From an uncultured delta proteobacterium (GTDB lineage Bacteria > Desulfobacterota > Desulfobacteria > Desulfobacterales > B30-G6), in contig CAWGLD010000002.1 of the NCBI GenBank assembly GCA_963823335.1, forward strand, positions 96,001 to 160,000: 64,000 nucleotides of DNA. The letters run 5' to 3'. This document shows positions 56,947 to 64,000 of this stretch, one piece after another. A program made the position numbers and the translations under genes. Positions within the stretch are counted from its first letter, which is position 1, and each line of letters opens with the position of its first letter. The notes below the pieces were generated by a model. That model saw only the letters and a list, made by a program, of their open reading frames with translations. It ran no database searches and was not told the origin of the DNA.

Positions 56947-59433
56947 TCACTGCAGCAGTTCTTTTAGTAATGTCTGGCGCTGACTGGAATCTTGATTCTT
57001 AACGGACATGGCTAATGCCTTACGCGTTCCAACCAGGACAGCCAGTTTTTTTGCCCTGGTCAGGCCAGTATAAATCAGGTTCCGAAACAGCATTTTGAAA
57101 TGTTGTGTCAGGACCGGGATGATAACCGCTTCGAACTCGCTCCCCTGTGATTTGTGAATTGTAATGGCGTAGGCCAGATCCAGTTCCGGGATAGCATCTC
57201 GTGTGTATTCCACTATCCGGCTGTCAGGGAAAAATGCAACGGATAATGTCAGTTCCTCAGTGTCGATTTCTCGAATAATTCCGATATCGCCATTGAAAAC
57301 GTTTAGGTCATAATTGTTCCGGCGGTGAATCACACGGTCACCAATCCGGAAGATTCTCTCACCGACACTTAATTGACCTTTTCCCTTCTGTATAGGATTG
57401 GCCGATTCCTGGATCATCTTATTCAAGCTGACCGTACCAAGACTGCCCCTGGTCATGGGGGAAAGAATCTGAATCTCTGTCTTTTCCCCGAAATATTTAG
57501 GAATCCATTCCAGATAAAGCTTTCCGACCACATCGAATGCCGACAGGCCATAATGCAGCGATGACCATGGATGGACTTTTTTCAAAACCGCCAACAATTC
57601 ATCAACGCTGCCTTTTGCCTTGGATACCTTTTCCAGGTTGACGTGCTGAAATTTCTTGGGAATGGTCAGTTCTGTTTCATAGGGAGCAACAGGTTCATTT
57701 ATTCTGAACTCATACAGATTGATCCCTGATTTGGTTGCATTCACTTGTTCAGACGGCGCAGATTCATGGAACCTTTTGACCCTGGCAATGAAGTTGAGTT
57801 GCTCCTTGGTTGCTTCATCCGAATCCATAAACAGACAATCCGTTTTTTGCTGCCATATTTCAGGGTTTTTAAACGGCGAATCAATGTAAGGCATGTCACC
57901 ATTGTTGATCTGATGGGCATATCGGATGATAAGTGATTCCTGTGCCTGCCGGAAAACTTTTTTCAGTTTAAAACAACATACGGCCCCAGAGGCGATAATA
58001 TCCCGAAGGACGTTACCGGCGCCAACAGACGGCAACTGGTCCGCATCACCAATAAAAAGGATCTGGCTTTGCGGTGGAATCGCTTTGAGCAATGAAGCCG
58101 TCAGGCTGATATCCAGCATGGAGCATTCATCAACGATGATAAAATCCACATCGAGGGGATTTTCCTCATTCTTCTTGAACTGACCAATTTGCCACTCCAG
58201 CAGGCGATGGATTGTTTTGGATTCGTTTCCGATGACATCCATCATGCGCTGAGCAGCCCGGCCGGTTGGGGCGGCAAGCAGGATTTTCCGTTTCATCGCT
58301 TCAAGCAATTTAACGATTACCTGGGTTATCGTTGTTTTTCCGCAGCCGGGACCGCCTGTCAGGACAGAAAACATTTCACACACGATGCCTTTGACGGCAT
58401 CAACCTGCTCATCACTCAAGGAAAAGTCTTTTGTTTCGCAGTACCGATTGATCCAGATCTCAACCCGTTCCTTGTCAACAATTGGGTGATTCCTGGTATT
58501 GGAAATTCTCTTGGCAACATACAGTTCATCAAAATAAAGGGATTTGGAGTAATAGCAGGATTCGGTTGCTCCCTCTATGTTGCTGAGTTCACGGACCATC
58601 ACAAGCCCGTCTTGCTTCATCTGATGGAGATAATCGGACATCCGGTCATCAAGTTTCAATTCCAGAAGTTCATTCACCTGTGCGCTGATTTGCGATTCTG
58701 TCAGGTAACAATGACCGAATTCCCTGCTGGCTGCCAGGACATGATTGATACCGGCCCTGATCCTCTGGGGGCTGTTTCTTTCGAGACCGATGCTTAACGC
58801 AACCTTATCTGCCGAAAAGAAGCCGATGCCGTAAAAATCCTGAGCCAGCCGGTACGGATCTTCATTCACATATTCAATGGCATTGTCACCGTACTCCTTG
58901 TAGATCCGAACGGCGTAAAGGGTGCTGATGCCGTGGGATTGCAGGAACATCATCACTTTTCTGATCGCTCGATGCTCAACCCAGGCGTCCCTGATCATGG
59001 TTAGTTTTTTCTGAGCTATCCCTCTAATCTCGGTGAGCCTTCCGATCTCATTTTCAAATACCTCAAGGGTTTCATTCCCAAAGTATTTTACAATCTTTTT
59101 GGCAGTCTTTGGGCCAACACCTTTGATAAGCCCTGATCCAAGGTATTTTTCCAGTGCGGCGGTTGTGGCGGGTTTTTTTTCAACCGCTTTTGTGGCTTTG
59201 AATTGGCGACCAAACTTCGGATGCACGGTCCATGACCCATGGAATTCCATTGTGGCACCGGCAAAAACTTTTGTCTGATGGACGGTGACTGTTTCCTGCT
59301 GGTGGGGATTGTCGAAGGGTAAAACACGAAGAACTGACCATCCATTATCCGGATTGTGGTATGTGACCCGATCCACGATACCACGGATGGATTCGATAAT
59401 TGTTCCTGAACGATAGATCTGTTGATTTTTCAT
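56947..59433 (-). CDS. recD2: ATP-dependent RecD2-like SF1B DNA helicase
   Basis: YLGSGLIKGVGP HhH, GGPGCGKT, APTGRAA, DECSM, GDADQLPSVG, AYAITIHKSQGSEF, YTGLTRAK; start codon uncertain. Confidence 0.92.
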   Translation of the reverse strand: MKNQQIYRSGTIIESIRGIVDRVTYHNPDNGWSVLRVLPFDNPHQQETVTVHQTKVFAGATMEFHGSWTVHPKFGRQFKATKAVEKKPATTAALEKYLGSGLIKGVGPKTAKKIVKYFGNETLEVFENEIGRLTEIRGIAQKKLTMIRDAWVEHRAIRKVMMFLQSHGISTLYAVRIYKEYGDNAIEYVNEDPYRLAQDFYGIGFFSADKVALSIGLERNSPQRIRAGINHVLAASREFGHCYLTESQISAQVNELLELKLDDRMSDYLHQMKQDGLVMVRELSNIEGATESCYYSKSLYFDELYVAKRISNTRNHPIVDKERVEIWINRYCETKDFSLSDEQVDAVKGIVCEMFSVLTGGPGCGKTTITQVIVKLLEAMKRKILLAAPTGRAAQRMMDVIGNESKTIHRLLEWQIGQFKKNEENPLDVDFIIVDECSMLDISLTASLLKAIPPQSQILFIGDADQLPSVGAGNVLRDIIASGAVCCFKLKKVFRQAQESLIIRYAHQINNGDMPYIDSPFKNPEIWQQKTDCLFMDSDEATKEQLNFIARVKRFHESAPSEQVNATKSGINLYEFRINEPVAPYETELTIPKKFQHVNLEKVSKAKGSVDELLAVLKKVHPWSSLHYGLSAFDVVGKLYLEWIPKYFGEKTEIQILSPMTRGSLGTVSLNKMIQESANPIQKGKGQLSVGERIFRIGDRVIHRRNNYDLNVFNGDIGIIREIDTEELTLSVAFFPDSRIVEYTRDAIPELDLAYAITIHKSQGSEFEAVIIPVLTQHFKMLFRNLIYTGLTRAKKLAVLVGTRKALAMSVKNQDSSQRQTLLKELLQ

Positions 59434-59591
59434 ATCGAGATGTGGTTTTTTATCCGTTACGACATTGCCTTGCCCACGGCATAACATTCAATCTTTACAG
59501 TGGGTTGTCAAAAGATTATCCGTCTTATTCGTGAGGTCTTGTTTCAGTCTGGCAATATAATCTTAATTCGTCCATTCGGATAAATTTATGG

Positions 59592-60014
59592 TCAGGAGAT
59601 TAATTCTGCATTCATTTTAACCACGACATGTCCCCACCCACCACATGAAGGGCCTGTATCGAAACACCCGCTCGTGTTGAACATTACCTCATTTGGATTA
59701 CGTCCGTTCAAAAGATTCTCGAAGAAAGCATTAATCAACACCGTCAGGTTCGGCATCAAAAAGGAACATACCCGATCCGGGTTCTCTTTTGTAAGTAAAT
59801 TGCCTGAATTATCAAATATCAGCCTTTGCCCAACAACATGGCCTGAGTGACACCCCTTTGATTCGATGACTTCAGCAATCAATCTGTATTTCGATGCTTC
59901 GATAGCGTTCTGAAACAGCTTTTGAAATTTAGGATTTTTTTCAATCATTGACCAGTCCTGGTCTTCAAGATTCAGTCTTTTCCGGATTATTTCTGCGATT
60001 TGGCTCTTATCCAT
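59592..60014 (-). CDS. Hypothetical protein with Cys/His motifs
   Basis: GCHSGH, RVCSF, GCFDTGPSCGGWG; AAGGAGG RBS. Confidence 0.7.
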   Translation of the reverse strand: MDKSQIAEIIRKRLNLEDQDWSMIEKNPKFQKLFQNAIEASKYRLIAEVIESKGCHSGHVVGQRLIFDNSGNLLTKENPDRVCSFLMPNLTVLINAFFENLLNGRNPNEVMFNTSGCFDTGPSCGGWGHVVVKMNAELIS

Positions 60015-60049
60015 ATTGCCTCCTTATCGTTTTTCAAGGTAAAGCAGCG

Positions 60050-62446
60050 CTAAAACAAACTCAACTGCCTTTCGTTCCTGATAATGGAGCGATAGTCCAT
60101 ATCAAAAAAGCGCAAAACCATATCTGCGACCGGGGCTAGTTGCTTTTCGCTGTAATGGTCATAGTCATAAGCGCTGTCAGAACGTTTTTGGATAGGTTCT
60201 GGACCGGCGGTTGTTATCACATAACTGACTATCCTGCCATCAAAATGATCCAGCATACGGGCTGCCCGGACATGTGGCGGGACATTTTTGGTATAATCTT
60301 TCAATCGCTTGCTGATTCCTTTTCTGTAGACAAGCTTATCATCTAACTTGCCATCATATAGTTCTTTATGACGGCAGCGAACCAGCTCAATGAGTTTTTC
60401 CTCGAACTCAAGCGTTTCGTCCTGATTAAACAGGAGAGTAAAAAGGTCTGCCTGGAACTCCTTGGCAAGATCGGTCCAATCACGACGGCTCGATTCCAGC
60501 CCCGCGAAAAACAGTTCCTTTTCACCATCCTTGTTGACAACTAAGCCGGCATAACGTTTTTTGGAACCTGTATTTTGACCCCGGATGGTGGGCATGAAAA
60601 AACGGAGAAACAGTTTTTCAAATTCAACCTCAAGCTTGCTTTCCACATTAAAACGATGGGTTAATTCTTCGGCCAAATGACGATTGAGTTTTTTAGAAAG
60701 GCCGCTGACAATCTTATGGGCTGCTTTGTGATTGTCTTTGCCCAGATTAACAAACAGGGAATCTGTATCGCCATAAATGACCCGATAACCTTCTTGTTCA
60801 ATGAATTTACGGGAAAAGTTTAAAATCCAGTGACCAATCCGGGTAATACTTCCTGCTAAACGCGGATCATAAAAACGGCATCCGGTGCTTCCCAAAACAC
60901 CGTAAAATGAATTCATAATGATTTTGATAGCCTGGGATAATGTGGTGTCGTTGGATTGTTTTGCTTTTTCACGGGCCTGCCACAGTTCCTGAATAATTGA
61001 AGGCAGAATGGCATAATCTTCGGCAAATTCGAGCCCGGCCGGACCTTTAATAATTCTTCCGGGCTCACTTGAGTTGGTTTGCTGATCATTTGTTGGGGCA
61101 TGTAAAAGGATGTTTGCAGCAAGAGGATCTATACTGAAGGTGAGAATGATACTGGGATAAAGACTTTTGAAGTCAAATACCGCAACATTGTGATAAAATC
61201 CGGGTGTGCTTTCAAAGACCAGACCACCGGGTGCTGCTTGTGCATCGGCAGGCGGCTTTGGATATGTGTCAGCAACGTATCCATATCGGTGCAGGTGGGG
61301 CAGGTATAAAAAATCAAAGGCTGCCACACTGCCACCTACGCGATCCAACGGCAGCCCGGTCAATTGTGAACGCCTGAGAGCAAGCTGGGAAAGGTTCAGC
61401 TTTTCAAAGATTTCATAAACCAGCCTGGTGTCCTGAAGGTTATACGCCGCCAGGTGTTTTTTGTCCTCTTTAAACAGACGGGTGATTTCTGCCACTTTTT
61501 CCAAACCGGTTGTTTCGATGAGTTTCTTGCTGCCGAGCACATTTTCGGCAACCGCTGCCAAGGAATACCCTTCTGTTTGAACATAAGCGCCTCGAAGCAT
61601 GGTGATGCCATCGAAGGCGGCTCTGCCAGGGATGCGGGCAATCCACTGATTGTATAATTTGCCCGGCGAAAGGATTTGAGCCTCGCCATCGCAACCGATA
61701 TCAAACTTTATCCCCAGCATTTGACATTTGCGTGCCAGCCATTGAAGGTCAAAACCAATCAGGTTCCAGCCGATCAAGGCATCGGGGTCGTATTCTCGAA
61801 CCATATTGAAAAAGGAAAGCAGCAGTTCCTTTTCGGTTTTGAAGCTCTGAAAGATATCCGTGTTCGATTTTTCACCACGGTTCTCATCCACCATGAGTAC
61901 TACCTCAAGATCTGTTCCGAAAAGTGCAATCGAATACAGATCCATCCCCATTGAACACTCGATATCGATGGACAGAAGTTTTAAACTGGGTAGATAGTCT
62001 GACGGCGTGACAGAGGAATCAACAAAATAGAGCGTGTTGTTTTCTATCTGGACTGGATCGCTTTTAAAAGAGATCGCGCCTTTTATAAATCGTTCCATTA
62101 AAAAGCGTGCAACAAGATTGACGTCACCTTCAAAGGTGGAAATATTACGAGCATCGCACTCCTTGCGAGCCCGATTCAACTCCAACGTGTTTCGAAAATA
62201 CAAGGCATCAACCGATTTTCCGCGCATATTACAAAGTTTAACATCTTTGCGCACAGTTCCAGGTGGCGTCCAGGATTCATCATGGTTAATGAAAAAGACG
62301 ATGCCGGGTCGGATAATGGTCCAGTGAAATCGCCGGCCATCGGATAACCGTCCCTGAAAAACCAGGCGGGTTTGGTTGTCCTCAATTATCTGATTGCTGG
62401 ATAAAATAAAACCTGTGAACATAATTTCTGCTTGCCTATTTATCAA
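60050..62446 (-). CDS. polB: DNA polymerase II (family B)
   Basis: SIDIE exo I, FDFKSLYPSII, KIIMNSFYG, YGDTDS, KKRYAG. Confidence 0.94.
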   Translation of the reverse strand: MINRQAEIMFTGFILSSNQIIEDNQTRLVFQGRLSDGRRFHWTIIRPGIVFFINHDESWTPPGTVRKDVKLCNMRGKSVDALYFRNTLELNRARKECDARNISTFEGDVNLVARFLMERFIKGAISFKSDPVQIENNTLYFVDSSVTPSDYLPSLKLLSIDIECSMGMDLYSIALFGTDLEVVLMVDENRGEKSNTDIFQSFKTEKELLLSFFNMVREYDPDALIGWNLIGFDLQWLARKCQMLGIKFDIGCDGEAQILSPGKLYNQWIARIPGRAAFDGITMLRGAYVQTEGYSLAAVAENVLGSKKLIETTGLEKVAEITRLFKEDKKHLAAYNLQDTRLVYEIFEKLNLSQLALRRSQLTGLPLDRVGGSVAAFDFLYLPHLHRYGYVADTYPKPPADAQAAPGGLVFESTPGFYHNVAVFDFKSLYPSIILTFSIDPLAANILLHAPTNDQQTNSSEPGRIIKGPAGLEFAEDYAILPSIIQELWQAREKAKQSNDTTLSQAIKIIMNSFYGVLGSTGCRFYDPRLAGSITRIGHWILNFSRKFIEQEGYRVIYGDTDSLFVNLGKDNHKAAHKIVSGLSKKLNRHLAEELTHRFNVESKLEVEFEKLFLRFFMPTIRGQNTGSKKRYAGLVVNKDGEKELFFAGLESSRRDWTDLAKEFQADLFTLLFNQDETLEFEEKLIELVRCRHKELYDGKLDDKLVYRKGISKRLKDYTKNVPPHVRAARMLDHFDGRIVSYVITTAGPEPIQKRSDSAYDYDHYSEKQLAPVADMVLRFFDMDYRSIIRNERQLSLF

Positions 62447-63617
62447 TTAGCGTGCCCGGACGCACAATGTTTTCCCCGAATCTGTCTTGTAACGAGTCCA
62501 GGGTGGTGTTTAAATTTTTTCTTTTATTATCCAATCCAATGGGGCGGAACAGGGAAAGCTGTTCTTCGCCGCCGTGAGTGCTGAGCTGTGAGACAGAGAT
62601 CCCTAAAAGTCTGACGGGTCTTCTCCCAGTTTCAGTTTTTTTCAATAACCCACATGTTGTTTCATATATTATAGTCCCATCATTTGTGAATTTATTAAGT
62701 GTCATCGACCTGGTTATCAGAACAAAATCGTTGTATTTCACTTTTAAAGTGATGGCTTTGCCTTCGACACCCTCACAGCGCAGCCGGCGGGCCACTTTAG
62801 ATGCAAGCGCCAGAAGTTCCTTTCTTGCCAGGTCGATATCGAGGATATCCTCGTAAAATGTCTCTTCATTTCCGATGGACTTTGCCTCTTGATATGTCAC
62901 CACGTCCCTATCATCTATCCCCATGGATAATTCATGCATCCTGGGACCGTATTTACCGAATTTTTTCTCCAAGATCTCAACTGGAACCCGGCTCAGATCC
63001 CTGAAAGTATGGATGTTGAGCTGAGCTAAAGTTTTTTGCGTCACCTTGCCAACTCCCCACATTTTACCAATCGGAAGCGGATCTAAGAATTCCCTCACCT
63101 TTTCAGGGGGTACAACCGTCAACCCGTCAGGTTTGTCTATATCGGAAGCAATCTTGGCAACAAATTTTGAAGGCGCCACACCGGCTGAAACCGTCAAACC
63201 GGTCTCTTCCCGGACCACTTGCTTAATCTTTTTCGCCATCTCGACCGGATCGCCAAAAAGACGGGTGGACCCGGTAACATCCAGAAACGCTTCATCTATG
63301 GACAAGGGTTCTACCAGCGAGGTGAAACGATGGAAGATTTTAAATATCTGGTCGGAGAGTTCAGCGTATCTTGACATTCTGACCTGCAAAAATATTCCAT
63401 GTGGGCAAAGGCGCTGAGCCTTGGCCATCGGTTGGGCGGAATGGACACCGAATTTTCGTGCTTCATATGAGGCAGATGAGACCACGCCTCTACCTTTGGT
63501 TCCACCGACAATAACCGGCTTACCCTTTAGGCCGGGGTTATCCAACATTTCAACTGCTGGATAAAAGGCATCCATGTCCAGGTGGATAATGGTTTTATGC
63601 TTCACATCGCTATTCAT
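62436..63617 (-). CDS. dinB: DNA polymerase IV (Y family)
   Basis: HLDMDAFY, SYEARKFGV, SIDEAFLD, KIASDIDKPDG, VRLLGI. Confidence 0.95.
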   Translation of the reverse strand: MNSDVKHKTIIHLDMDAFYPAVEMLDNPGLKGKPVIVGGTKGRGVVSSASYEARKFGVHSAQPMAKAQRLCPHGIFLQVRMSRYAELSDQIFKIFHRFTSLVEPLSIDEAFLDVTGSTRLFGDPVEMAKKIKQVVREETGLTVSAGVAPSKFVAKIASDIDKPDGLTVVPPEKVREFLDPLPIGKMWGVGKVTQKTLAQLNIHTFRDLSRVPVEILEKKFGKYGPRMHELSMGIDDRDVVTYQEAKSIGNEETFYEDILDIDLARKELLALASKVARRLRCEGVEGKAITLKVKYNDFVLITRSMTLNKFTNDGTIIYETTCGLLKKTETGRRPVRLLGISVSQLSTHGGEEQLSLFRPIGLDNKRKNLNTTLDSLQDRFGENIVRPGTLIDK

Positions 63618-64000
63618 GTATATTTCGCATATTCGTCTTTGCTCGGAAAAAACATCGATAAATTTAAAACAATGTGACCGGATCTGTCAAACCCATGTGG
63701 CAATTATCGTGTAAACATTTAGAAAAAAACGTTCTTGTAACCGAAGAGGGGGATCTAATATTTTATTTAGATTTAAAATTAAATTTTGCCTGGAATTTGC
63801 CGAGTGGCTGGAGGTAAACCTTAATCACCTACAAGCGCGGATTCGTCAGACATATCTATGGTTTTTGAGATGGATGATATTTTTACTTTTTGGCTGACTA
63901 TCACAGGGAAAATTAGCTGTTAAACGCCAGAATTGTACCTTGAAGATTTATTGGATTATGTAAACCAATTTTATCGATTTCAGATTCTACCTTGTGTTAC

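Noticed and set aside
63618-64000. LexA/SOS box upstream of dinB
   Set aside because: No convincing match to the CTGT-N8-ACAG or GAAC-N4-GTTC type boxes by eye

Overview
Bacterial genomic window, about 50% GC. Gene content and intergenic repeat families suggest a Desulfobacterales-like deltaproteobacterium; this is an inference. Five blocks. (1) 1-31.5 kb: a cell-envelope lipid and glycan locus. It holds a near-complete Caulobacter-type sphingolipid gene set: serine palmitoyltransferase, ACP, CerR-like reductase, acyl-AMP ligase, bCerS-like GNAT, two nucleotidyltransferases, LptF/LptG, CDP-alcohol transferase, ceramide-kinase-like and Tam41-like proteins. The minus-strand part of this set runs co-directionally into an MsbA-like ABC transporter and a NeuB/HAD phosphatase/NeuA ulosonic-acid pathway with transketolase, SDR and ALDH. 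Further on lie three paralogous putative CMP-sugar transferases, a PLD-like protein and a sulfotransferase-like protein. Best candidate for a novel system: synthesis and export of an ulosonate-decorated (ganglioside-like) bacterial sphingolipid. (2) 31.5-39.7 kb: a four-helix-bundle gene inside an inverted-repeat-bounded element, a DUF6502/DUF5666 pair, a tandem structured non-coding unit, a VTC-domain gene and heavily frameshifted secreted/lipoprotein genes (decay or poor sequence quality). (3) 39.9-54.2 kb: an ion/osmotic homeostasis island around a diadenylate cyclase, with MscS, USP, RCK K+ channel, MgtE, RimK-RCK_C fusion, CNNM/CorC, RimB-like protease, M14 peptidase and MFS. (4) An M20 peptidase. 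(5) A dinB-polB-hypothetical-recD2 DNA repair run. Intergenic spaces carry several MITE, REP and IS200/IS605-derived repeat families. No rRNA, tRNA or CRISPR array was seen. All functional calls come from motif recognition, not database searches.
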